Shown: positions 23,901 to 38,900 of the stretch, piece by piece
How positions within the stretch are numbered: the first letter of the stretch is position 1
How the letters are laid out: each line of letters starts with the position of its first letter
Origin: Pecten maximus
Lineage: Eukaryota
Reading direction: 5' to 3'
DNA length: 64,000 nucleotides
NCBI RefSeq assembly: GCF_902652985.1
Contig: NC_047025.1
Span: 10,726,001-10,790,000, forward strand
Program-made: the position numbers and the translations under genes
Notes under the pieces: generated by a model
The model's database searches: none
What the model saw: only the letters and a program-made list of their open reading frames with translations
What the model was told of the DNA's origin: nothing

Positions 23901-26900
23901 GACACTTATAGTCCAGAGGTGTAAAAACATGGCAGGGCAAATCAAGTGTGAAATGTGGTGGGACACTTATAGTCTAGAGGTGTAAAAACATGGCAGGGCA
24001 AATCAAGTGTAAAATTATACAGAAGTTTTGTGTGAAAATATGTCTGAAAGTGTAAACATGTGGCTGGGAGCATAACGTAAACAATATGTGAAATGTGGCA
24101 TCGGAATGAAATTATAGAAGTTGTGGCCTGTAGAGATAGTATAAAAATGTGGCATAAAGCTGAAAAATCCTAACTGTGGCAAACTGATCATGACTGTGAA
24201 ATACAGTACAAAAAAGGAAATATAAATTGATAATAAATTAAAAGTAGATATTAATTATGATGTCCTCGTTTACTTCAGATGAACCTATTGAGATGAAATA
24301 CAAGTTCAATCTGTTAGAGATGTACAGTGGGGACTGCCTGCCAATATTTATCAACATCTTACAGGTAAATATTTATCATACACCAGGTAAATCTTTGTCA
24401 TACAGGTAAATATTTATCATACACCAGGTAAATCTTTATCATACAGGTAAATATTTATCATACACCAGGTTAATCTTTGTCATACAGGTAAATATTTATC
24501 ATACACCAGGTAAATCTTTGTCATACAGGTAAATATTTATCATACACCAGGTAAATCTTTGTCATACAGGTAAATATTTATCATACACCAGGTAAATCTT
24601 TGTCATACAGGTAAATATTTATCATACACCAGGTAAATCTTTGTCATACAGGTAAATATTTATCATACACCAGGTAAATAGTAGTTATTGTAGATAAATC
24701 TTTGTCAGACAGGTAAATATTTGTTATACCGGAAAATTAATACTTTAATCATACACTAGGTAGATAGTCTTGATACAGGTAAATTTTTGTCGGGTTAAAA
24801 GTCATCCTGCAGGTAAATCCTTGTCAGACAGGTAAATCATTTGACATACAGGTAAATAGTTGTCATGAAGGTAAATATTTATTATACAGGTAAATACTCA
24901 TCATACCGGTACATTTTTGTCAGTTAGGTAGCTGTTACAGGGAAATGAAAAATATATGAATGATGCCATGAATAAAATAATTTATTTGCAGCTGCATCAA
25001 AGTAATTTGATTTTGTATGTATATAAGGATAACACAGTTGATTTAGTTTGTACAAAATATGCAATCGAAATGTTGAAATGATATTCTTAAAGAAATATTT
25101 TGTTGTCCACCTTTTAAGAAAACCTGTGAGTTTCTGCTGCGACCATGGCAACAAGGGTTCGTGCCTAGCTCGGACCAAATCTGCTACCACATCTCGGTGA
25201 TAATACCGACAATGAACATGATCAGGGCCACGCTGGCTAATCTCATTCAGGCCAGAGGAGTAGAGGTAAGGATCCATTCATTTGATTTACACAAGATAGG
25301 TATAAAAAGTGCAGATTTCACATAAAGCATTTTCACTTTAGGAAATGTTAATTATAAATGTTTAGGTATGACTAAACTTTTACAGGCTTGTTATGTACAT
25401 GGAGTTGTTCTTACAACACATACAATATGAACAGGGTTTAGTTTGCACATTTTATAAGGAGAAAAAGGCAAAAGTGTTCAGCTGGCATAGAAATATTAAA
25501 AAGTGCAAATGACATTTTGATAACTGTTTTAATATTGAAGATTTATAAAAAATGAAGAAAAGGCTTATTTGTGGACAGGGGCTAATGTGCAGATAAATTC
25601 TGTCATATTGTTATGTGTATTAAAATCTTTAATAATTTTCCAATGTAGACTTAGTTACATCAATTGAATAAATATAGAGATATAAGGCAAGAAAGAAAGA
25701 AAATTCAATAACTTGGTTCTCATGCCAATTTTCTTTTAAAGAGATGCAGCAGGGAGACTTTTTTTCTTTCGCAATTTACATGAAAAAATGAGACATGAGA
25801 GAAATTTTTTTTTATTGTTTACTATGAAAGTTGTTATTTCCACACAAGATTTTGGTACTCTGTTATAAAATAAACATACATTTTGTTAATTAAGCACAAA
25901 CAGTTATTGGTTAATAAAAAAGAATGTGTTTTATTTATGTTTGGTGTCATCTGGCCTGAAATGAATGCTGTTTTCTGAGCAATTGTCTGTCATGAACATG
26001 ATTTAAATAAATCATAAACTATAAAATGCTTATCCCGGTACATATATTTGTCCTTTATTTAAATGTTTTTCGCAAGTTTTGTGACTAACCAGTAAAAATC
26101 AACATACAGGCTGATTTTCTGGATTTCTTTAAGGTAGCAGCTGAAGAATTCCCAATTTTATAAAAAAAAAACCCACATTTTTATGATAAAATTGCGATGC
26201 AGCACCCTTAAATGAGATGCCTTACCTTTGGACATCTCGGTGTTTGACAAACTTGAGAACAATTAGAAAACATCACAGTGAAGAAATTCTAACAATGAAT
26301 TGCTATTGTGCAAGGGGAAAAAGCCAGAGACAGACGTTCCAGTAATATACCCAGAGTTATACCTCAATCAGTGTGGTGAAAATATATCGGGTACCAAGCT
26401 GAAATGAAATGGTTCATATATGAGACACACACACACATATTAAGCAAAGTGAATTAATTTGGCTACAGCATGCACAGGTAATCAAAAATAGATTACAGTT
26501 TTGTTATCCAATTGCAATAATTTTCACACGTAAAAGAAATTTAACATTTGCACAGTATGCATCCATTTTTTCTGATATAATTATATTTTTCTCATTTTAA
26601 GTACACTCTTCTAAATAAATTCAATAGTTTCTTTCATACAAAAAAATAGGTTTATTTGCAGTGTTTTATACTTGAATCACAATCTTATAATTACTGGAAT
26701 AATGGAAAAAATTTGTTGAAGGAAATTAAGATATATCAAGTAGGTACTCCCACCAAACAAGCATGAATGAATTCTTTAACTGTTCAAAACTACAGTCGAG
26801 ACTGTCTGAGCGACCCCCTGTATTAACGACTCCCTGCGTTATTTACGACCGCCCAATAATATTTACTATATAATTGATCTGTATTAAGCGACCCCCTGTC

Positions 26901-29900
26901 TAACCTGACAAGCCACCGTGTTTTTACAGTCCCAGGTGATTAGAAAGTCTGTATTAAACGACTTTGACACCTTCATCAGTCGTCGTCACACATGAGCACG
27001 CAGCATTGTGAACAACAATACAATTCATTACAACTTTCACCTGGCAGTAGCCGCAGGCTTTTCAGCTGGTTATATGTTGTTAACAGAACAATTAAACTTA
27101 TACACAAACACATATTTGTAAATCTGAGGTGTTAAATGAGCTCACTTTTACGATCTGGTTGTGCTTAATGGGTTATTGAGAGTAGCAGTAAAAAGAGATT
27201 TACCTCCCACCTTGTGAGAGCTTATGATCAGAATTCTTTAAAATGTTCTCTACGAGTTCATCCAGAGTGTAGTATCTAAAGAGTTCAAGCTCCCATTTGC
27301 TTGGTGAGGGCTCATGATCAGAATTTTATAACTGTTCACGACTAGTTCATTCAGAGTAGTAATTAAAGAGTTTTACCTCCCACTTGCCTGGTGAGGGTTC
27401 ATGATCAGAATTTGTAACTGTTCACAACTAGCTCATTCAGAGAAGTATTTGAGGAGCTTTACCTCCCACTTGCCTGGTGAGGGCTCAGATGCTGTCCACA
27501 GTACTTGTCCATCCTCCAGCCCAATCACTCCCTGCCCCTGTGAGCCACTGCACAGGGTTTTGATATGCTGCCCTAATCCACTAACAAGCTCTACTGTATG
27601 CCTCTTCATGTCGGCCACGACCAAGTTTCCATTTCTGTCGTAAGCTATTGATCCTGGGCCAAATCTTTCTCCTGCAGATTTGATTCCTTCGCCTTTATAG
27701 TGGGATTTCACTTGCAACTTTCTGTCATAAATGATGATTTGTCCTATCCAGTTATCCTCACTGGAGTCGTCATTTTGTAGTATTTCTGCACTCAGTACTG
27801 CTATGTTGCCAGTCAAAGGGCATTGAGTTATCTCCCCTGCTGAAGTGATCCCCGATATGTGGCGTGAGCTTGAGTGAAGCATAACACCTTTATCCGTGTA
27901 AATGCTTACTTTTTTTTCAGAGCCCAGTACAATAAATTCGTCTTTGGTCACGCAAATACTATACAGAGGGTCATCCGTTCTGAATTTGATTACTGGCATT
28001 TTAGATGAAGATACTTCACACACACATTTTGCTTCTCTACAGCAAAACCAAAGGTTTCCTGTTTTCGCTGATCTGCTGATGTCACGAATTTTGTCTTGGT
28101 ACTTGATTTCCTTCCTCGTCTGCCCCTTGAAGTCTATAAGCTCAAGAATGTTGCTTTCAAAATCGCAGACCCAGGCTAGACTGTCCTGTGTGGGATAGAT
28201 GGTGGTGATATGGTGTCGAAATTTGAATTTTGATTGCACAACTGGTTCTCGAAGTAGTTTGATTTTGACCACTTTTTCCTTTTGGGCTTGGTCAGTGGAA
28301 ACGGTGCCGACGGCTTTTTTCAACTGGTCTAGCATGTCTTGACATGGATGAAACTGAGGCCATTGTTGTTTTGGCAAATTTGGGATCTTTGAGTCAAATT
28401 TTTGAATATCTGATACAACATCATGTGTAAGAATGGTTGATCCTGTTTGAATTGTTTGTTTACATTCATTCAGAAGACTCTCCAGTGATGTTATTCTTCG
28501 CTGCAGTTCAGTGATGTGGGTTTTAAGTAAATTCTGGTTCAGAACTTCCATCTTGTCACAGATTTTTTTATTTTCTGAGATCAAATTATCTATTTCTTTT
28601 TTACACTTTAGCCCCTGGTCAGTCACTTTTTCACGAATTCCACTGAAGTACAGACTGTTCTTTGTCAGTTCTTTATGGGTCAACTGAATCTCCATTTTCA
28701 GTTGAGGCAGGGCATGTTTTTCAGTGTTATTAATAAATACCTCCAGTTTACTGTTTTGCTGTGTTTTCACACTAGAGAGTTCCACAAGTTCGTGAGATTT
28801 GTGTGTTGTTACGCTACATGTGGCACAAATGAGCTCTTCATCACAGTCAATACATATAAAAATGATCTCCTTTTGTCGGTGATTTGGACAGTTAGAGCTG
28901 CCTTTGACCCTTATGGGTAGCTGTTCTCCTTTATGAGCAGACGGTCGTCCAGTTGCCATGGTGATTATTATAGTTGCTGCTTTAAATTATGTATGTTGTC
29001 TTTGATATTCTATAAATCTGTTGCACTCTTAATTCATGATTCCATTGGATTAGACGTCTTTTGTATTATTCTTGGGGCACAGATATTTAAAAATACATAG
29101 AACCAAATTATATATCTTGATGAGAGCAAGGCAAGGCATATCATTCAGTGATATTAAAAACAGCCAGTTTTGTCCATTTTGTAGAGTGAGTTAAATGTAA
29201 TCTTCTCTTGTTGACAATCACAACTAATACTCAAAAGTGAAGACACAGTCAGGAAAGAAACATGAATGATATTCACCAATATCTCTTATTCACTTCCTTG
29301 TTCATGTATCCGATCCTCTACCAATGTTGCAAAGCGAGCAGCCATTATGCAATTGGTAATCTCTATTTGCCTTCTGTCAGATTTGCTCCTTTAAAATCCT
29401 GAACTTGATTGCATTCTGACAGGTCAATGTTTCTCGTTTTCTACAAGCATCTCCATTGGTGTAAAAAATAGCCATTATGCTCCCTAGCTGTATATCTAAA
29501 TACTGTTGTGGTGACAGGCAAAATTCATTTTACACCATCAGTACTGTGGTGAATAAAATGCTATGAATAACAGCACAGCTCACGTAAAACAGGTTTTTTT
29601 TTTTGCTTGTTTCTTATCACAAAAATCAATTTTTAGATTTATTCTGTGCAGTGTTGTAGGTGATATGATTTTAACCAGGAAGTGCATACCTGTCAATATC
29701 TAGGTACACACTGGTATCATCATGTTACATTTTTAACAAATAAATGTATGGGATGACTCATGGAGAGAGAATTGAGATAATCTGTGGTAAAATGTATTGT
29801 CAGCATTCATGTAGGATTGTATGAAAAAAGTTGCACATAGTCAAGTTGTTGTGGGTTTTTTTTTTACAAGTAGAGTATTGCCAGGTATACATTTCAAAAT

Positions 29901-32900
29901 TATTTTACTTCAAAGAAAAAAAACCCAGAAAACTAAATGATCATAATTATGATGATGCACATGTACATTATGAGCTGACTATAAAATGTTTGTAATCTTG
30001 ATTATACTGCAACTAATTTGTCAATATTAACTAATTACTATCTGTGTATCTGTATAATCATTGGAAAGTTGAACTTGAAAAAAAAAACTTTTTAAATCAT
30101 TGCCCTTTAAATTACAGTTACTAATAAATCGTGCAAATAAATAAATAATAGTTTCAGTATTTGCTATGTAACAAGTGTCCTTATCCCTGAGTAAGCACCT
30201 GTTCTTTATGACAGTGTATACCTCTCTTGGCTGAGAACCAGTAAGAGCTCATATATCATGTAATTGTCAAGGTGTTGTCCTGAGACATATGTTGTGGGGC
30301 TGATTATTTGAACTAGTCAATCAAGGACCCTTGTGTTGTTAAACCTTTACTTTGTTAATGTGTTACAGTAAACATAGAAGTCAAGCTTTGCTATCTCAAA
30401 CTCTCGAATACTCTACTCAAGTAAAAATTCAGTTCCTACAGTAAAAATTCTATGTAAAATATACCCATTTACCTCAAATATTCGAGATATATCAAGGTTT
30501 TTTCATGACGCCACGAGGTTGACTGTATTTTAGCTTTAATCTTATTTTCATGTTTTTCATGGTGCATTAATTTAAGCTTCTATATACCATATATCTAAAG
30601 CAAAAAATGTGGATTGCATGAATTCATTAATTTATTGCTCTTAATTATCTGTTAAAATTTGTTAATGAGCAAACATTTAGATACACCTAAATAAGTACAT
30701 TCAGTTGATGTAGGAATTCATTTTGTTTAAAGCACAAAGCTTGTATAGAAGGATATCCCATGAACCCCAGATTGGATGCAGTTCATACTCTAACACATTA
30801 GTATCATACAACTTCTTCATCTCATTAGATTTAAGTGGTCGTTGATCAAAATTAAAGGGATCAATGGTCACACTTATGATCATTCATTGGAAATAATCAG
30901 ATTCACATACACCATTTACTGATAATGAAGATGAAGGGGCTGTATTTCTCAGCCAACATTTTACTTGCGATTTTAAAAAATATTTTATTCACATGTGGAT
31001 ATGGGTTTGGTTAATATCAACCCCATAGTGTGTTGCTGGTAGTTGGAAGATACAAAATTGTATAATAATTTGTGAACAGTATGGAGACAGCTGTTATGTA
31101 GCGATATATGTGGAGAACTTAAAATTTACATTATAATTATTTGAACATGCCATTATTTGTTACAGTACCGTGACCTGACATGTCTACCTGTATTGTTTGA
31201 GCTCCACACTGTACTATGTTCTGTACCGCTGTCGTCAATGTTCCTGGAGGAAGTACATATTGTAAGTCACTACAGTACACCTATCAGTGTTGGTTATAGG
31301 GGTAGATCTGGGAGGCTCAGTTAAACCATCTTTCTACCACAATACGGTGTGTTATTCAACTCTCAGACCATCAGTTAATCATTACAGCTGTTGATTAACA
31401 ATCTGTTTATACCACACGTGATGATTGGCTAACACGGTGAACTTTGACCCAAGCTGCATATGTTATTGACGTCATCAATAATCTAATGACGTCACATCAC
31501 CGGGTCCCGGACGTCACCGGTACACTTTATTTGCATACGCGAAATTATACTTGGCCACGTTTTCCTTTGATTCAAGCCGATATTATTGTGGTAGAAACAG
31601 GTCACACGACTGGAAATTGTTGGATATGGAATTTATTTCACTCTCGTAAGTTATTTTTTAAAAGTTGCAAAAAACACTCGCTAAAGCTCATGTCTTTTGT
31701 AACTTTAAAAAAATAACTTACTCGTGTGAAATAAATTCCTTATCCAACAATCACTCGTTGTGTAACCTCTATTTATGCAATTTACCATTTACCACCTTAA
31801 TAAGGAGACAAATTTAACCCCTACCGACAAATTACTGGATCGGCCCCTGTGTCAACATGATTTTATCTCCCATATTAGAAAAACTTCTGCTCACTCATTC
31901 TTGGTATTAGATTTCATTTTGAATCTAAAATCTATCATCTAAAGCAAGTTTCATTCAAAATCACAGACCTGGGCATGGCTGAAAATGGATAAATTTTGTT
32001 AATTGTTTTGTAACTATGATGAAAATGATTAATTTCTCATTTAAATTTATTCAAAGTTTTGACAGTCACCAATATTGATATGTTTACCAAGCAAAATGCA
32101 GTAGAGAATTTTATTCATAGCATATCATACAGTATTTGTTTAAAAAAAAGAAGCAGTAAGATTATAAAATTGTATGTGTGTACAATTACTCTTACATTTG
32201 TGTTTTTGCTTGAACAGATTCAAAAAGAAGTGGTCGATACACTGATGGCTTATACACAACCTGACATACAGCAGGCCGATAGTGAAGAAGGTAGGTAAAG
32301 GCCACACTCATGGTCAGAATATCATAGCAAAAAATGTAAGGCCATCTGATAGTCATAATGTCAGAGTGAAAAAGGTGTGTCAAGGTCACAATGTCAAGGT
32401 CACATTAATGGTCAGAATATCATAGCAAAAAATGTAAGGCCGACTGAAAGTCATAATGTCAAAGTGAAAAAGGTAGGTCAAGGTCATAATTTCAAAGGTC
32501 ACACAAATGGTCATGATATCATAGTGATGAAAGTAGATCAAGAACTTGATGTCAAAGGTCATAAAAATCATTGTCATACTATCATAGCGAAGAGGAAATG
32601 TAGTGAAGAGAAATTGTCAAGGTCACAATGTCAAAGGTCACATGCATCCATGGTCATAAGGTCATTGTGAAGAAAATAGGTTAAGGTCAAAATGTCAAAG
32701 GTCACATTTCTGTAGCTTTACCTTCACTCTTTATACATGTCAAACACAAGACTTGTCATATCTTTCCACATGAGTAAGTGGGTTGGTAGTCTGACGTGCT
32801 CTCTCCACTCAATATTTTGAGAAATTATTAATAGAAATTTATATTAAAAAGAAGCATAATTGAAATAAAAGCTCAGACAAATTCAATAACAACAACATCA

Positions 32901-35900
32901 GCATTGATTTTGGAGTTGTGGCCCTTTATGCATCTGGTCCTTACAGTGTCTGTTCAATATTTCAAGTACTGGTAATTGTTGACTAAGTAACTTAATTCAG
33001 ACTTAAAAGATCTGTTACAATGAAAGCTCAGAATGAGTTCAATAACCATTATGATATGTTTGTAATGAAATGGGTGCATATTCTTACACACTGCTCTAAG
33101 CTTGTAACATTTGTGAGAACTAATGGTTTGGACATGCTAATGACCTACATGGTACACAACTTCAGTATACATGTAATTGAAATAATTCACAGTAATAATT
33201 ATGGCATAAACAATTATGTTTATTGTTTCGTTGCAGCTCTAAGCCAAAGTCTGTGGACCAAGGTGATCAAGGAACTCCTCAAATATATTGTCAAAGCTCC
33301 TTACACCTACCTAAGTGGCCTGCTGATGCTGTCAGAGTTACTGCCCTTGCCACTCCCTCTTCAGACAAAGGAGGTAAATTTTTACTGAGAAGTTGCTGTC
33401 TGAATTGTTTTTGGAATGTTGATTCAGAAGTGTATGCATAGAATGTATTGAACTTTGTTCTGGAAATTCTACCACCAAGAGAATGACATGTAAAATTCAC
33501 AGAACTGTAAAACTTTATTAAGAGTGGATCCTTGATAATCTGTTATCTGGCCGCCTTCAATTCCCAGGCACACTGGCTACATGTACAATGTAGATTTAAA
33601 GATGAATGGATGATTGAGACAGTTGTATATAGAAATAACAGAACTTTGGGCATCTCAAATGAAAAAGGAATATTCTTAAGTTGGCAAATCCAAGACATTG
33701 TTCTGATGTGAGGAAACACAACTGGTATGATTGGAGAATCCCAACATCTCCATTCTGGGAAAAGAATAGTTATAGTGGTACAGCCACTCTATTTGAGAGT
33801 ATATTTTAAAGAATTTCAGCATTGCTGCTCCTATTTAGTTTCCTATTTGCGGGTCCCTTTGAAAATGTCAGCATTACTTCCCTTATTTAAGATTAAGGGG
33901 AAAATATAGTAGTTCCATACTGATGGTTACCTGATGCACTTATGTTGGATGAAGTTATTCCGCATGGGTGTGCTAGATAGGAATGTGTGTCTGTCATATT
34001 CAGAGGTGGTAAACATAGCAATTTTTCTTGCTCTGAAAAATGACAATGTACCTTTCCAATGTCAGAGAGAAAAGATTTCTCCTTATAAATATTGACTGGA
34101 GTTTGCCGTTTGATTAGTGGTGCCTGCATCTCAGAGAAACTAGACTCCAAGTAGCAAATGGTAAAAATCTACCAAAATTATCTTAAGTATGTCTGCCCTG
34201 AAGGAGTCAGAATCTTTTGTTAATTTGTAATATACTTTCTAAGTATTTTTTAACAATGATTTTTTTTCAGCCTCTGAGTACAGAGGAGTCTACAAAAACT
34301 ATCAACATGCGTAAGTTATGGAGCATGCATCTGTATGCTGCTACACCACAGCTACAGGAAGTTATCCAGCTACTGTCAACCTCCACATGCCAGCCACTAC
34401 AGCACGTCCTGCGCCGTGTCTGTTGGCAGTTGTCGGATTTGTCAGCCCACATTGCCCTTGTGGTCACAAGGTATGTAGTCACCTGGTGAATATCCAGGCC
34501 ACCTCCCCCACCAACAAACTTCCATTTACTGTACAATTGGTTGTTATCAAATAATCTATCTCTAGCAGTTTTTAAAGTATGGAATAAAATACTTGCAAAC
34601 AAAAAAATAGGACAAATTGAAAGCAAGTTGATAAAGAACACTATAATGATAGACTATTCCAAAGCTTCTGCAAAAACAATGCTTCCTTTGCCCTTGCAAA
34701 CTTTAAGTAAAATCTCAAAATGTTAACCATTTGGCAAAATTAGTTTTACAGAAGTCATACTTAACTTAAACCTACTCTTAAATTAAATTACCGACTGCAT
34801 TTATAAAAATGCATTAAATGAATTAAACAATTTTTGAAACATCTGTTTCAGAATTAATTTATTTGTGTTTAATTGTGAATGAAGCATGTAGCTCTCACTT
34901 TGATGTGTAATTGTCTCCCCTGGTTTAGGTGTGTGCTTGACATCGTGATAGAAAGTTTCCAGACAATGAAGGTGACTCGGTTAGAGGACAAGGGAGATGG
35001 GGAGGCTGTGGAGGAGCAGGAAGAGAGGGTTGCCTCCCCTTACGCCAGCAAGATGTTGAACCTTCTTGCTTATGTTCTCTCACAACCTTCTATCAAATGT
35101 GCCACCCTACAACTCACTAACAAATCAGGGTAAACAGATAAACACCTCACTTACAAATTAGTGTCAATTTACAGTTCACTAACAAATTAGGAAATATCAA
35201 CAGCTCACTAATAAATCAGGGTAAACAGATAAACAGCTCACTTACACATTTGTCAATTTACAGTTCACTAACAAATCAGGGTAAATAGATAAACAGCTCA
35301 CTAACAAATTAGTGTCAATTTACAGTTCACTAACAAATCAGGGTAAATAGATAAACAGATCACTTAAAAATTAGTGTCAATTTACAGTTCACTAGCAAAT
35401 TAGGAAATATCAACAGTTCACTAAAAAATCAGGAAAAATAATCAGCTCTCTAAAAAATCAGAAAAATAAACAGCTCACTAACAAATCAGGAAAAATGAAC
35501 AGCTCAGAAATTTTAGTCTGCTAGCATTCAATGAAAAGTCAGACAGCTTTGTAAGTTAGAATAAGCTGTCATAAAACGACATAGGGCATAGCTCAATCTC
35601 AATTCAGTGTAAGGATAAACTCACATTTTTAATTTGGATTGCGTGCTCCTAAGTCTGTAAACTTTAGTGTATATTAAGAATCAGTCAGTATACTACAGAT
35701 TATTTAGAAAAGTGTAAGCAATATTGAGTTACACTGCAGAAATTCATATGATGCATGTATGCTGTTACAGACCAGCTGGTGAAGAGAAATATGTGGAACT
35801 GTTCCCACAGCTTCTACAGATACTGAATACAGTGTGTGACCGGGTCCCCCATATACAGGCACAGGAATGTATTGTCGTAAGTTATATCTCTAATTTTTTT

Positions 35901-38900
35901 GTCACTTGCGATAAGCAGGCAACATAAAGGTATCACTATTTCGGCATCAGCATTGTCTGCTGAGGTTTTTGTGTGATAACTAAAGTTCCCTTTGGCTGAT
36001 CAAACTCAGACTTCATGTAGATCTTTCTTATCACAAGTGCTTGCTTGGGAATTACTTTTCAAGTCTGAAGGTCAAAGGTCAAGGTCACCGAATTCTTCTT
36101 ATTTCTATCCTTAGAAATAGCAAAAAATAGAACTGGTCATTTTAAAATGACATTAACAGTTCAGCATACCAAACCACACACACTGTACAGGGTTTTTGCC
36201 AGGCATATTTTGGGTCCGGTACACGGACCCATTCCCAATTGAAAATTGGCACATATTTTCCCAATTTCGGTCTATATATTCCCAATTCCGGTCTGTATTT
36301 TCCCAATCGCTGTTAACATAAGACAACCTAAAAATTTGGATTTATACGAGCTTCCAGTCATTATTTTGTCAAAGTTAAAATGTTAGGCCTACCGTGAGTC
36401 ATCGTGTTGTTGTTGGTTTTGCGATTCGCGCATGCGCTTGGATAGTCTTATTGAAGTCATATCATATCTGCGTTTGAATCGCCCGTTTAAAGGGGAGTTT
36501 AATGCAAAGCGTTTACGTACGTTGACTCGTTCTATTTACCGAGGTCAAATCAAGTACTGGACTCGGGACGATGTCACACAATTCCAAATATTACGCAAAG
36601 AAGATTTTGCTCAAAGATTCGAAAGATTTAATGAAAGTTACGAGCTTTTTCAAACGAAATACTGGTAATTCCCGATCTGAAAGTCGGGCAGCGGCTTCAA
36701 ACGATCTCCAACCTGACTGATTTCACTCTTGACAAGCTTGTTAATGAGTTTAAGCACACTAAAGACAGAAAATTAAACATTCTCTGATTGATTAAAACAA
36801 ATATCCTGAAAAGAGATGCTGACTTGTATTCATTTGTACAAATATTATGAAAAGAAACAGCTAAGCTTGTATAATTCATATATTTTTCCAATTTTATAAT
36901 ATACAGTATTCCCAAATTTGATGAAACACCGATGGTATTTTCCCAATTTGTGGAAAATGCCGATGATATTTTCCCAATTTTTGTTCAGGGACCCTTTCCC
37001 AAAATAGCTGGCAAAAACCCTGCTGTAAAACTGTAGATGGTTATTGATAGATTTCTCATTACTGCGATGGCTTCTTACGATATTGTATATTGGAATTCAA
37101 CTGATAATCTCTCCTTTCTTGTCTTACAGTCGATCATCCAGAGCATGTGTGATGTAGAGGTTGCCATAGTGATGGGCGAGGCATATACCATCCAAGACCA
37201 GGTCTGTGTCATAATCATTTCTTGTCATAATTTGATGTCTTTATTATTTTAAGAAACAAATTGTTCACTGTCAAGTCAATAACATTTTACACAGTTGGGA
37301 GCATAGCAGAAAATAATTATCCTTTTAGGTACATATAGCGGATGTAACTGTAGGCTTGCTTCGTTTGTCTCTCCATCTCCAATGGGTCTTTATCAGCATG
37401 TTTTAGAGCGGGTAGGTTTGTGTAGATGTGTGAAATATTTGTCATTCTAGCCATGGGCTCGTGACCGTGCTGACAAATATTGTTTAAAAATGTAGGAATT
37501 GATATTTATTTATTTATCATACTCAGAAATTCAATTGTCACCTTTTAAAAAATGAAATATGTTTTTCAAGTTGGGTGTCTTCCTTAGACTCACTAATATA
37601 TTTTCTGATATCTGGTGGTATCGATGTATAGCTGGTATCTACAGATGTCTGGTAACATTGGATGTTAATTATCAATTTCTCTTCATACATATACAATAAT
37701 CAGCATTGTCCATTCCAGATTGCCCAGGCCCTGCCCTAGTAAGGAGTACATGTACCAGATCACCAACTCATTACTAGACCATATGGGTAATCCTGACCAC
37801 AACTATGCTTCCATACTGCCCTGTGTCCGAACTCTTGTCATGTTCACAGACCATAACTATGGCTTTTTCCATCTCAAAAGGTTAGCATGCAAATCTTCTA
37901 AATGTGTATTATTTGACCTTCCATATTGTCTGAAAGTGTGCCAAAGTTTATAAACATGATTCCATTAAGACCATCTGGTATGTCCAGATTGTATATCTGT
38001 TGACTTCTAAAATTTGAAATGGGGAAGAAAATGTCAGATAAAAATAAACATTGTCTTCAAAACCCATCTATAATGCTCTATATGACAAAACAGTCATGCT
38101 GTATGCCTGTTTATGGATGTTCAAATTAACTGTAGTATGGATTCCAATAGAAGTTTAGAAAAAATACAGAGCTGTTGCAGATATGGTGTAAGGGAATTGT
38201 GAAATTTAAATTGATATAAGAAAGCAGTATCAAAATAGGACAAAGTTTATCGTAAGTCTTGTATATTTTGACAGCTTGTTGGAGCAGAAGACGACAGCAC
38301 TTGGTCGACTGATGGTCCGAATCAACACAACATTTAGCAAGGACAGTTCCGACTGTTTGTCCACACTTTCCACATTACTGGAGTTTCTGCGTCTACTGGT
38401 GGAGCTTCCACAGGACGGACCGGAGCTGACACGGACCTACACCCTGACACAAACAGAGCTACGCGCTGTACTGTCCTGGAACCCCAGTATGGAGAACCAT
38501 CCTCTTCTTGACCTTGAAAAACTCCTGGAGGTGGGTTGATTTGATTTCAAAATGTTATCACAGTTTTTCTCTGTTTTAAGCTCTGATTTGTCTATGTAAG
38601 AAGTTAGAATAATTTCATCAGGATTTGTGGTTTTAAAACCTTGATAGGTACATTACATGTAGGAAAAATGTGTGGATATTATGTATTATAAATTTTGGAA
38701 ATTAAAAGTAGCTAATTTGATTGAGGGGAAGTCTCTTGGCCATTTTGGTTAAGTGTCTGACTAGTAGACTGCTCCAGGGGAAGGTGTTTGTTCTGTAGCA
38801 GAGCCATTATAAATTGAACATGTGTACTGCACTATGACAAAAAACAACAACACACTTTATCACTAACTACATTCTTACACTTATGGCTTTAGATCAGTAG

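Noticed and set aside
24362-24700. Regular repeats superficially like a CRISPR array
   Set aside because: No unique spacers, no cas genes, eukaryotic intron context
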